Of a stretch of 64,000 bases of DNA, positions 35,354 to 44,328 are shown piece after piece. The translations under genes and the position numbers were made by a program. Each line of letters opens with the position of its first letter. The stretch's first letter is position 1. Source of the DNA: Planctomycetota bacterium. Lineage in GTDB: Bacteria > Planctomycetota > UBA1135. The stretch spans positions 150-64,149 of the forward strand of contig PAHY01000054.1 in the NCBI GenBank assembly GCA_002705055.1, written 5' to 3'. The notes below the pieces were generated by a model, which was not told the DNA's origin, made no database searches, and saw only the letters and a list, made by a program, of their open reading frames with translations.

Positions 35354-36363
35354 TCAGTCTGGAAGACATCCTGCCGGCGCTGCTGGCAGCACTGGGCGCG
35401 GCGCTGCTCGCGGGCCTCGGCGAGTTCCTGCACCTGCGCCGGCTGCGTGCCGCGCGCTTCCTGGCCTTTGGCCCGCGCGGCAAGCCGCGCGCCTGGGTGG
35501 CAGCCGTTCCCTTCCTGCGCGCGGGCGCGGCTGCGGCGATGGTGTTCGGGCTGGTAGTCCTGTTTCAGTTCCGGCCGCAGAACGAGAGCGAGATCGACCC
35601 GGACAAGGAGCCGTCCAAGCACCTCGTCATCGCGCTGGATGTTTCGCCCAGCATGTACCTTGAGGACAGCGGGCCGCAGGGCCGGCAGAGCCGCTGGGAG
35701 CGCGCGCGCGATCTCCTGACGGCGGTCATGCAGCGCCTCGACATGGAGCAGACGCGCGTCAGCGTGATGGCTTTCTACACCGAGGCGAAGCCGGTGGTGA
35801 TCCGCTCCTTCGACCTGGGAGTGGTGCTCAACGTGCTTGACGGACTTCCGCTCGAGCACGCTTTCGAGGTGGGCTCCACCCAGCTGCAGCAGGGCGTGCA
35901 GGCCGCGATCGATATGACGCGCGGCTGGCCGCCGGGCAGCACCACGCTGATCGTGGTCAGCGATGGCGACACGGTGGCCGGCTCGGTCATGCCACGCCGC
36001 ACTCCGGCGATCGCGGATGTGCTCGTGCTCGGGGTGGGGGATCCCTACCGCGGGGCCGAAGTGGCGGGCCGCACCTCGCGTCAGGATCACGAATCGCTGG
36101 AACGGCTCGCGGTGCGCCTGGATGGCCGCTACCACGACGGCAACGCGCTTCATCTGCCCACCGAGGTGGTGCGCGCTCTGACGGCTTCCTTGCCGCAAGT
36201 CACGACCAGGTCAGAGCTTCGGACGATTGCTCTGGTTCTGGTCGGGGTCGGGGCGGGGCTGATTTCTCTGATTCCCTGGCTGCTTTCCCTTGCGGGAGGC
36301 TCGCGGAGCAGCCGATCGGGAGTTAGGCTGGAATCTGGCTCATCCGGCCGCTCGGCCGCCTGA
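35347..36363 (+). CDS. BatB-like VWA-domain membrane protein
   Basis: 7-nt overlap with the previous gene. Two N-terminal TMs, MIDAS ALDVSPSM, and a C-terminal TM. Confidence 0.8.
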   Translation: MVISLEDILPALLAALGAALLAGLGEFLHLRRLRAARFLAFGPRGKPRAWVAAVPFLRAGAAAAMVFGLVVLFQFRPQNESEIDPDKEPSKHLVIALDVSPSMYLEDSGPQGRQSRWERARDLLTAVMQRLDMEQTRVSVMAFYTEAKPVVIRSFDLGVVLNVLDGLPLEHAFEVGSTQLQQGVQAAIDMTRGWPPGSTTLIVVSDGDTVAGSVMPRRTPAIADVLVLGVGDPYRGAEVAGRTSRQDHESLERLAVRLDGRYHDGNALHLPTEVVRALTASLPQVTTRSELRTIALVLVGVGAGLISLIPWLLSLAGGSRSSRSGVRLESGSSGRSAA

Positions 36364-36389
36364 GCCGTTCTCTTCTTTCGAGCTCCATC

Positions 36390-37103
36390 ATGATTGCCCA
36401 ACGCATCGCTCTCACCGCCTGGCTCATGGTGCCGGTCGCTTTCGCGGCCTGGTACTTCGGCCCGGGCCAGGATCTGCACGCCCGCGACCGCAGCGCCTCG
36501 GCGCTCGAGCAGGCGCGCGCGGCCGAAGAAGCCGGCGACTGGAAGGCCGCCGTCGAGTTCTATGCGACCGCCCAGAAAGAGCTTCCGGTCGATCGCGTCG
36601 ACGCGATGCAGCGCCTGGAACTGGCCGAAGCCAAAGCGGCCATCATGGGCGGCGACATGTGGGGCGGCATTGAGTCGCTCGAAGCACTGCTCGAAGCCAC
36701 CGAAGACACCGACACCGAACTCGCCGAGGCGGTCCGCGCCGAGCTGGGTGCGCAGCGTTACTTCGCGGCCTGGCTGATGCGGCTCGAAGGCAGCGGTGTG
36801 GAAGACTGGAGGCCCGAAGCCGAACTGGCGCGCCAGCACTTCCGCATGCTCGCCGAGCAGAGCGACGCCGAGGCCGCCGAGGCCTACAAGCGCAACGTCG
36901 AAGCCGTCGTGCGCCTCGAAGAGATGGACCTCTCCGAGCTGATGGCGCTGCCGCTGCCGAAGAACTGCTCTGGCAACTGCGAGAACCTCACGCAGTCGAA
37001 GTCGAAGTGCAAGGGCGGCAACTGCAAGAAGCCGGGCGATGGTCGCAAGAAGATCATCAAGGACGGCGCGGGCACGACGCGCGCTGAAGGCAACGGTTCC
37101 TGA
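36390..37103 (+). CDS. membrane-anchored helical (TPR-like) protein with Cys/Lys-rich tail
   Basis: N-terminal TM (IALTAWLMVPVAFAAWYF), helical Ala/Glu-rich body, and tail KNCSGNCENLTQSKSKCKGGNCKKPGDGRKK. Confidence 0.55.
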   Translation: MIAQRIALTAWLMVPVAFAAWYFGPGQDLHARDRSASALEQARAAEEAGDWKAAVEFYATAQKELPVDRVDAMQRLELAEAKAAIMGGDMWGGIESLEALLEATEDTDTELAEAVRAELGAQRYFAAWLMRLEGSGVEDWRPEAELARQHFRMLAEQSDAEAAEAYKRNVEAVVRLEEMDLSELMALPLPKNCSGNCENLTQSKSKCKGGNCKKPGDGRKKIIKDGAGTTRAEGNGS

Positions 37104-37127
37104 TCGCACTGCAAGCAATCTCCCCTG

Positions 37128-40100
37128 ATGCACACGCTGGCGAACACGTGGGCGAGCCTTGGGCTCGCCCTCTTTTTTTCCCCCGCGCTCTTCGCGCAAC
37201 AGCCGCCGGTGCAGTCGCAGCCTGCCCAGCCGATCCGGATCAACTTGGACGGCCTCAAGGTCTCGACGAGCGAGAACGGCACGGAGTCCGAGGTCGTCGA
37301 GCTGCTGGAAGGCCAGGAGCCGGAAGCCGCCCAAGAGCCGGAAGGCCCGAGCCCGCTGCTGACGCAAATCCAGGCGCAGCAGTACATGCGCACGATCCAG
37401 GCGGTCTTCGACGCCCGGATTCGCTATGAGCTGGGGGAGGATCCCGGCGAGGCGATCGAGGGCGAAGGCGTCGAGGAAGCCGAGCTGGAGGCGAGTCGGC
37501 ATGCGGCGCGCTTTCAGTTGTGGGTGCTGGCGGGCGCCTGGAATGAGATCGGCGGTTTTCTGACCGATACCGCGGGCGAGGACGCCGCGGCGATCTACGC
37601 TCACCTGCTGCAGCAGCTGGTCATGCAGGATCAGGTCATCCTGCCTGCCGAGGCCATCGAGCTTGCCGGGTTGAGCCCCGAAGCTCTGACGGAGGAACAG
37701 GTCGAGCAGTTCGTGCAGCTGCTGCAGAAGGCGGCGGCGCGCGGCTCGATCGAGAGCATCCCGGCGCTGATTGACGGCCACCCGCAGTTCCTGCGAGAAG
37801 ACGAGGAAGGCCGCGCCCGCGGCGGGCAGCTGCTCGCCGGGCTGGGGCTGACCGATGCGCTGCAGCCTTACCTGCCGGAGATGCGCGATCCGGAAACGCG
37901 CCCCGGCGTGCTGACCCAGCACGCGCGCTATCACCAGTACCTCGCGATGCAGGCCAAGGACTTCGCCTCGCGGATGGACGAGTTGAACCGTGCCTTCGCG
38001 TTGCTGCGCACCGCGCTCAATAGCGAGGAAGCGGAGGCCGCGGATCGCGAGCAGGTTCTTGCCGTGGTGCTCGAGCTGCTGCCCGAGCTGCCTGAGACCG
38101 AAGTGGAAGCCTGGCGCGAGGCGCTGTTCGCGGAAGGCCGCGGTTTTGGGCTCTCCGCCCTGTCCGGCGTCTGCAAGTCGATGGCGGACTGGGAGCGCAT
38201 GCGCACCATTCGCCGCGATCGCGAGCCGGTGGTCCGCGAAGCCAAGGCCTTGGGTGAAGTGCTGGCCAGGCTGAAGCCCATCGATGGCGGCGCCCCTTCG
38301 GCAGCCCTGGGCCTGGTGGGCATGCGGTTGGCGGCGGAGGCCGAGTTCTCGCTGGCGGCCAACCCCAACGACTACCGCTACTACAACTACCTGCCCAACG
38401 AAGGGCGTTTCCCGACCTACATCGAGACCGGCGAGCTGCTCAAGTCCATGCCGAGCGTGGCCTGGATGGAGCAGGTCGACGCGGGCCTGGCGGAACGCCT
38501 GATGCGCCTGCGGGTCCGACTCGCGGCGCAGGCGCGGCTGCCCGAGGACGCGCTCGAGACCGTGCAGCTCGCCGGCTCGCGGCGTCCGGCTTTCGCCCAG
38601 GAACTGGCCGAGCTCTTCCTCAGCGAATGGACGGCCGCGCTCGAAGCGCAGCGGGTCCAGGGGCTGGATCAGAACCAGACCATCTACTTCGTCAATGGGG
38701 TCCGCCAGGTCAACCCGGGTTCGGCGCCGCTGACGCGTGCGCATCAGATGCGCAGTCTGGCCAAGCTCGCCGAGGTATTGGCGGCCTTCGGCGAGCTGGG
38801 GCTCGAGCCGATGCAGCCGGAGGCGCTGGTCGAGGGCTTCGCCGCCTGCCACAGCTCGGCGGAGGTCTACCGCGTCGAGGACATCGAAGCGCTGCTGGGT
38901 CCGATCGACCAGATGAGCCCGCGCATGGCGGTCTCGCTGGCGGACAATATGCGCCGCAATCTGGGCTCGCGCTGGGCTTCCGATCAGGTGCAGGCCACCG
39001 CAGGCACCAAGCGCAACAAGCCGCAGATGGAGGCCGAGATCGAGCGGGGCTACCTGCTTGCCGACCGCGTTCTGCAGGTGGCGATCGAGCAGGAGCCAGA
39101 CGGCTGGATGAACGTCCTGATCCGCGGCGCGCTGATGTTCGACTTCGCCGAGTTCAGCCACAAGCGCGACCCGGATCTGCGCGAGTACGCGCCGATTCGT
39201 GACAGTGCCTTCGTTTCGCTGGGGCGCGCCATGGAGCTGTACGGCGCCGAGGTCGAACGCGGGGCGATTGAACCGACCGTGCTGCCGATGGCGCTGTGGT
39301 TCTCGGCGGCGCTGGGTGCCAGCGAGCTGGGCTACCTCACCGCCAACACCAAGCCGGACAACGATCAGGTCGACCTGTTGCGTCAGGCGGTGACCTCGAT
39401 GTCGCCGGCCGACGCCGCCGGGCATCTCGATCTGTTCGCCAGTTGGGCCCAGAGCGTCAACGTGCCGGCGATCATGAAGCCGCGCTTCCTGCGTCACGCG
39501 CTGCGGGTGCTGGGGGATCACGAGCATCCGGCGGCCGAGGCCGCGCGGGCGCGCCTGCAGCTGTACGACGAGCTCGTGCAGGAAGTGGTGTTGGTGACCG
39601 AGATCGACGGACCGCCCGAAGTCGTGGCCGACGAGCCCTTCGGGATTCGCCTCAGCCTGCGTTACACCGCCGCGCTCGAGCGCGAGGCCGGCGGTTTCGC
39701 CAAGTACCTGCAGAATCAGGTCTACGCTCCGGCGACCGGCGCCCAGGTCGACTATCGCGATCGTTTCGAGGAGCAGATTCGCGAAGCGCTGTACGAGGGC
39801 TACGAGGTGGACGGCATTCATTTCCATCGCCCCGAGGTGGAAGACCGCCCGGTGGGGGTGCACGGCTGGATGGAGAAGCCGCTGGCGTACCTCGTGGTGC
39901 GCGCACGCGATGCCGCGGTCGACCGGATTCAGTCGCTCCACCTGGACATGGACTTCTCGGATGGCCAGGGCACCGTGCTCCTGCCGGTTCAGTCGGCGGT
40001 GGTGCTGCTGGACGCGCGCGGCGAGGATCCGCAGGCGCGCCCCTATGAAAAGCTCGAGGTGGAGCAGGTCCTCGATGCCCGCGAATGGAAGGACCAGAAG

Positions 40101-40760
40101 CTGCTGCTTGAAGTCAGGGCACGCGGCCGCGGCGTCCTGCCCGAGTTGGCGGCGCTGATCCCCGGGCACGCGTCCATCCCCGGCTTCGAGTTGGTCGAAG
40201 TCGAAGGCCATCCGCTCAACATCACTGAGCTCGATTCGGACAGCACGCCGGTCATGCCGCTGACCGAACGCAGCTGGACCGTGCACCTGCAGCCGGCGGC
40301 GGATGCGAGCACAGCGCGCTTCGCCTTCCCCGCGGTGGCGCTGGAGGTCGATGCTTCCGAGTACAAGCGCTACGACGACCTCGACCTGGTCGACGCCGGG
40401 GCGACGGTAGACCTGGATGCCGCGGTCCTGAACGGCGGCGGCATGCCCTGGTGGGGCTGGCTGATCCTGGTCGGCGGCGCCTCGGCAGCCTTCCTGAGCA
40501 TCGCCCGCCATCGTCAGGCGGCCCCGGTCGAGGCCGTGGTGCTGCCGCTGCCGCAGCGGGTGACGGCGCTGAGCGCGCTGGCTTACCTGCGTCGGATCGG
40601 CGAACAGCCGCGGGTCGCTCGCGAGGGTGACTGGCAATCGGAGCTGGCCCAGGATGTCGCGCAGTTGGAGCAGCAGAGCTTCGCCGCCGAAGGCGAGCCG
40701 CCCCAGGAATCCGAGCTGCGGGCCTTGCTGCAGCGGTGGCGAGATCGCGCGGTGGCCTGA
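37128..40760 (+). CDS. 1210-aa exported protein with C-terminal TM anchor, unknown function
   Basis: Signal peptide MHTLANTWASLGLALFFSPALFAQQ. Long helical N-terminal two-thirds, a beta-rich C-terminal third, a TM (WWGWLILVGGASAAFLSIA) and a ~75-aa tail. Last gene of the MoxR operon. Confidence 0.7.
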   Translation: MHTLANTWASLGLALFFSPALFAQQPPVQSQPAQPIRINLDGLKVSTSENGTESEVVELLEGQEPEAAQEPEGPSPLLTQIQAQQYMRTIQAVFDARIRYELGEDPGEAIEGEGVEEAELEASRHAARFQLWVLAGAWNEIGGFLTDTAGEDAAAIYAHLLQQLVMQDQVILPAEAIELAGLSPEALTEEQVEQFVQLLQKAAARGSIESIPALIDGHPQFLREDEEGRARGGQLLAGLGLTDALQPYLPEMRDPETRPGVLTQHARYHQYLAMQAKDFASRMDELNRAFALLRTALNSEEAEAADREQVLAVVLELLPELPETEVEAWREALFAEGRGFGLSALSGVCKSMADWERMRTIRRDREPVVREAKALGEVLARLKPIDGGAPSAALGLVGMRLAAEAEFSLAANPNDYRYYNYLPNEGRFPTYIETGELLKSMPSVAWMEQVDAGLAERLMRLRVRLAAQARLPEDALETVQLAGSRRPAFAQELAELFLSEWTAALEAQRVQGLDQNQTIYFVNGVRQVNPGSAPLTRAHQMRSLAKLAEVLAAFGELGLEPMQPEALVEGFAACHSSAEVYRVEDIEALLGPIDQMSPRMAVSLADNMRRNLGSRWASDQVQATAGTKRNKPQMEAEIERGYLLADRVLQVAIEQEPDGWMNVLIRGALMFDFAEFSHKRDPDLREYAPIRDSAFVSLGRAMELYGAEVERGAIEPTVLPMALWFSAALGASELGYLTANTKPDNDQVDLLRQAVTSMSPADAAGHLDLFASWAQSVNVPAIMKPRFLRHALRVLGDHEHPAAEAARARLQLYDELVQEVVLVTEIDGPPEVVADEPFGIRLSLRYTAALEREAGGFAKYLQNQVYAPATGAQVDYRDRFEEQIREALYEGYEVDGIHFHRPEVEDRPVGVHGWMEKPLAYLVVRARDAAVDRIQSLHLDMDFSDGQGTVLLPVQSAVVLLDARGEDPQARPYEKLEVEQVLDAREWKDQKLLLEVRARGRGVLPELAALIPGHASIPGFELVEVEGHPLNITELDSDSTPVMPLTERSWTVHLQPAADASTARFAFPAVALEVDASEYKRYDDLDLVDAGATVDLDAAVLNGGGMPWWGWLILVGGASAAFLSIARHRQAAPVEAVVLPLPQRVTALSALAYLRRIGEQPRVAREGDWQSELAQDVAQLEQQSFAAEGEPPQESELRALLQRWRDRAVA

Positions 40761-40807
40761 CGCAGATCCGGCTGCCTGGGCCCGGCCGGGCGAGCTAGGC
40801 TGGGCCC

Positions 40808-42817
40808 ATGCGATTCTCCCTCGCCCTGTTCGCGCTCGCAGCGATGCTGCCGTGCGCGACGGCTCAAGAACTCAGCCAGCCCAGTGTGTTCGGCACCCAC
40901 ATGGTCATGCAGGCCGATGCGGACGTGCCTTTCTGGGGGACCGCTGCACCGGAAGCCGCGGTCGAGCTGCGCGGCGGCTGGTGGAAGGATGCGGTGACGA
41001 CTCAGGCCGACGCGGACGGAGCCTGGATGGTGCGCATCCCGGCGCCGGGCCCTGGCGGCCCGTACAGCATCGAGGTTGTGAGCGGCGATCAGAGCCTGCG
41101 CTACGAAGACGTGCTGCTCGGCGAGGTTTGGGTCTGCGGCGGGCAGTCCAACATGGAATGGACGCTCGGCCCGGGCGTCGGTCCGGGCATCGCCAACTGG
41201 GAAGAAGAAGTGGCCGGCGCGGACTTCCCGCAGATCCGCTTCTTTGACGTGCCGCACGCGATCGCCGGCGAGCCTCAGGCCGATGCCGGCGGCGAGTGGA
41301 AGATCACCACACCCGAGAACGCTGGCCGTTTCAGCGCGGTCGGTTATCTGTTCGGACGCCAGCTTCATGGCGAGCTGAAGGTGCCGGTCGGCCTGCTCGG
41401 CTGCAACTGGGGCGGCACCGTGGCCGAGGCCTGGACCAGCCGCGAGGCGCTCGAGGCCTTCGGCGAGTTCGAGAATGGCCTCGCTCAAGTCGCTGCGATG
41501 ACGCAGGGCGATGCCGGCGGCGACGCGGCCTTCCGCGCCCGTCAGGACGCTTGGTGGAAGGGGCTCGCCGGCAAGGATCCGGGCAGCGGCGACGCGGCCT
41601 GGTACGCGGTGCAGCCCTCGGATGCCGGGCCGTGGCAGACCGTGAACCTCCCGGGGCAATGGGAGAGCGGCCCGATCGGCGCCTTCGATGGCATCGTCTG
41701 GTATCGCCGCACCATCGAGATCAGCGAGGCCTGGGTCGGCCAGGATCTGCGCATGTCGCTGGGGCCGATCGATGACTATGACACGACCTGGGTGAACGGT
41801 GTTCAGGTCGGCGCGATGCACGAGCCCGGCAACTGGCAGACCCCGCGCCAGTACGACATCCCCGCTTCGGTCGTGAAGGATCGCATGCTGACGATCGCGG
41901 TGCGCGTGCTGGATACCGGCGGGGCCGGGGGCTTCGCCGGAAACGCGGGCCAGATGTCTCTCGAGCCGACTTCCATCCGCGGTCAGGCCCGGCGTCTCGA
42001 CGGCGAATGGCTGGCCCGCCGCGGCGCTGCGATCCAGCAGGTCGGGCAGCCGCCTTCGCGCCCGAACATGCATCAGAATATGCCGACCGTGCTGCACAAC
42101 GGCATGCTGCGTTCGATCATTCCCTTCGGGATGCGCGGCGCCATCTGGTACCAGGGCGAGAGCAACCGCACCCGCGCCTATCAGTACCGTCGGCTCTTCC
42201 CGGCGATGATCGGCGACTGGCGCCGGCTGTGGGGGCAGGGCGATTTCCCGTTCTACTTCGTGCAGATCGCTCCCTTCAACTACGGCGGCGACCAGGGACA
42301 GGCCGCGGCGCTGCGCGAGGCGCAGACGCTGGCGATGCGCGTGCCCCAGACGGGCATGGCGGTGACCATGGACATCGGCAACCCGCGTGACATCCACCCC
42401 AAGAACAAGCAGGATGTCGCCGATCGGCTGGCGCGCTGGGCATTGGCCAAGACCTACGGCATGGACGGTGTGGACTTCAGCGGTCCGATCCTGGCGGGAT
42501 TCCGCGCCGAGGAGGGCCGCATGCGGCTCTGGTTCGATCACGCAGAGAACGGGCTGGAGAGTCGCGACGGCGAACCGCTTTCGCACTTCCAGATTGCCGG
42601 GGCCGACCGGGTCTTCCGTCCGGCGACGGCGACGGTCGAGCAGCACGAAGGGCGCTGGACGCTGGTCGTGCGCAGCGAGGCGGTCGCGGAGCCGCGCGCG
42701 GTGCGCTACGCCTGGGGAACGGCGGATGAGCCGAACCTCGTCGACACGACGGGGCTTCCCGCGCCTAGCTTCCGCACCGATTCCTGGCCCGCCTGGCCGA
42801 ACGGCCCGGTGCGCTAA
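40808..42817 (+). CDS. sialate O-acetylesterase family (SASA/DUF303) protein
   Basis: Signal peptide, GEVWVCGGQSNMEW catalytic block, a second block AIWYQGESN, and MAVTMDIGNPRDIHPKNKQDV. Confidence 0.85.
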   Translation: MRFSLALFALAAMLPCATAQELSQPSVFGTHMVMQADADVPFWGTAAPEAAVELRGGWWKDAVTTQADADGAWMVRIPAPGPGGPYSIEVVSGDQSLRYEDVLLGEVWVCGGQSNMEWTLGPGVGPGIANWEEEVAGADFPQIRFFDVPHAIAGEPQADAGGEWKITTPENAGRFSAVGYLFGRQLHGELKVPVGLLGCNWGGTVAEAWTSREALEAFGEFENGLAQVAAMTQGDAGGDAAFRARQDAWWKGLAGKDPGSGDAAWYAVQPSDAGPWQTVNLPGQWESGPIGAFDGIVWYRRTIEISEAWVGQDLRMSLGPIDDYDTTWVNGVQVGAMHEPGNWQTPRQYDIPASVVKDRMLTIAVRVLDTGGAGGFAGNAGQMSLEPTSIRGQARRLDGEWLARRGAAIQQVGQPPSRPNMHQNMPTVLHNGMLRSIIPFGMRGAIWYQGESNRTRAYQYRRLFPAMIGDWRRLWGQGDFPFYFVQIAPFNYGGDQGQAAALREAQTLAMRVPQTGMAVTMDIGNPRDIHPKNKQDVADRLARWALAKTYGMDGVDFSGPILAGFRAEEGRMRLWFDHAENGLESRDGEPLSHFQIAGADRVFRPATATVEQHEGRWTLVVRSEAVAEPRAVRYAWGTADEPNLVDTTGLPAPSFRTDSWPAWPNGPVR

Positions 42818-42831
42818 GCGGGCACACGACG

Positions 42832-43455
42832 ATGCAGTTTCTGGCGCGCAGCCATTGGATCTTCGATCTGGATGGCACGCTTACCAAGCCGGTGCACGAC
42901 TTCGATGCCATTCGCGCCCAGTTAGGGCTGCCGGGGGGCGTCGGCACCTTGGAGGGGCTGGATCAGCTTCCTGCGGCCGAGCGTCCTGCCTTGATGGAGA
43001 AGCTCAATCAGATTGGTTGGGAGTATGCGCTCCGCTCCGAGCTGCAAGAAGGGGTGCGTGAGTTCCTCGAAGCTCTCTGCGCGAGTGGCTGCCGGCTGGG
43101 CGTCGTGACGCGCAACAACCGTCCCAATCTGGATGAGAGTTTGCGGCGGATCGCCTGCGAGGATCTGTTCCCGCCCGAGGTGCGGCTGAGTCGCGACGAC
43201 CCTCCGGCCAAACCGGCTCCTGATCCCTTGCTGCGACTGCTGGCGCAGTGGCAGGCGGATGCGGGCGACGCGGTCATGGTCGGCGACGCGATCTACGATC
43301 TGCAGGCGGGGCGGGCCGCGGGAACGGCCACGCTCTACCTGGATCCCGACGGCGACGGACCGCACGGAGCCTGGGCCGACCTACGCTTTTCCTGCTGGCT
43401 GAGGCTGGCCGAGCTTCGCGCCTCAGCTCTGAGCGAGCGGGGCGCTTCGGCGTAG
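42832..43455 (+). CDS. HAD-superfamily hydrolase (phosphatase)
   Basis: WIFDLDGTL (motif I), VVTRN (II), and MVGDAIYDLQAGRAAG (IV). Confidence 0.85.
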   Translation: MQFLARSHWIFDLDGTLTKPVHDFDAIRAQLGLPGGVGTLEGLDQLPAAERPALMEKLNQIGWEYALRSELQEGVREFLEALCASGCRLGVVTRNNRPNLDESLRRIACEDLFPPEVRLSRDDPPAKPAPDPLLRLLAQWQADAGDAVMVGDAIYDLQAGRAAGTATLYLDPDGDGPHGAWADLRFSCWLRLAELRASALSERGASA

Positions 43456-44328
43456 CGCCTCGACCGCCTCCCGGCTCGGCAGCGCCGGGATCGCGCCGAC
43501 GACGGTGCAGGCCAAGGCGCCCGCCGCGGTTCCGAAAGGAAGCCAGTCACGCGGATGGGCCTGTTCCAGCGAGGCTACGGTCGCAGCCGCGCAGAATGCG
43601 TCGCCGGCGGCGGTGGTGTCGACGGGTTCAACCGGAAAGGAAGCCTGACGCGTCTCGCGGGCCTGGCCCTGGTCGTCGCGGTCGAAGCAGACCGCTCCGG
43701 CCTTGCCGTAGGTCACGACGAGGCGCGGGACCGCGGGGCGGCCCATCTCTTCAAACTCCAGCTGATTGACGATCAGTGTGTGGACCGCCGCCAGGAAGTC
43801 CTCCGGGAGAGGCGCTGCCGGGGCGGCATTCAAGATGACCGGGACGCCGGCGGCGCGCGCCAGCTGCGCCGCGGCGCGGTTGGCTTCGAGCGGGACCTCC
43901 AGCTGCAGCAGCAGCGCGTCCGCGGCGCGGATGGTGTCGGCGTGCCGCTGCACCCACGCCGCGTCCATCGCGTGATTGGCTCCCGGCGCGACGACGATGT
44001 GATTCTCGCCCTCCGGCGAGACCGTGATCACGCCGATGCCCGTGTGCAGGTCCGGCCGCGTCTCCAGGCCTTCGGTCCGCACGCCCGCCTCAGAAAAAGC
44101 GGCGCGGGCCGAGCGCCCGCCGTCGTCGTCGCCGACGCAGCCAAGAAACCGAACCTCGGCGCCGAGGCGCGCCGCGGCCACGGCCTGATTGGCCCCTTTG
44201 CCGCCGGCAAATGTCTCGAAGGGGCCGCCCAGGACGGTCTCGCCGGGCTGCGGGAAACGGGGGGTCTGGATGACCAGGTCGAGGTTGACCGAGCCGAGCA
44301 CACAGAGGCGGGGAGGAGTCGAAGGCAT
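43423..44328 (-). CDS. rbsK: ribokinase (PfkB family)
   Basis: VLGSVNLDL, GGKGANQAVAAARLG, and C-terminal DTTAAGDAF...GA motifs. 33-nt convergent overlap with the HAD gene. Confidence 0.88.
   Translation of the reverse strand: MPSTPPRLCVLGSVNLDLVIQTPRFPQPGETVLGGPFETFAGGKGANQAVAAARLGAEVRFLGCVGDDDGGRSARAAFSEAGVRTEGLETRPDLHTGIGVITVSPEGENHIVVAPGANHAMDAAWVQRHADTIRAADALLLQLEVPLEANRAAAQLARAAGVPVILNAAPAAPLPEDFLAAVHTLIVNQLEFEEMGRPAVPRLVVTYGKAGAVCFDRDDQGQARETRQASFPVEPVDTTAAGDAFCAAATVASLEQAHPRDWLPFGTAAGALACTVVGAIPALPSREAVEALRRSAPLAQS

Noticed and set aside
36150-40637. 1495-aa minus-strand ORF (the longest in the track)
   Set aside because: It is antisense to the co-directional operon genes at 36390-37103 and 37128-40760, which have signal peptides, TM anchors and operon coupling. 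The minus-strand product is low-complexity (Arg/Leu/Gln/Gly) with no recognisable domain.
40583-42646. 687-aa minus-strand ORF
   Set aside because: It is antisense to the sialate O-acetylesterase-family gene, which carries the GGQSNM catalytic block.
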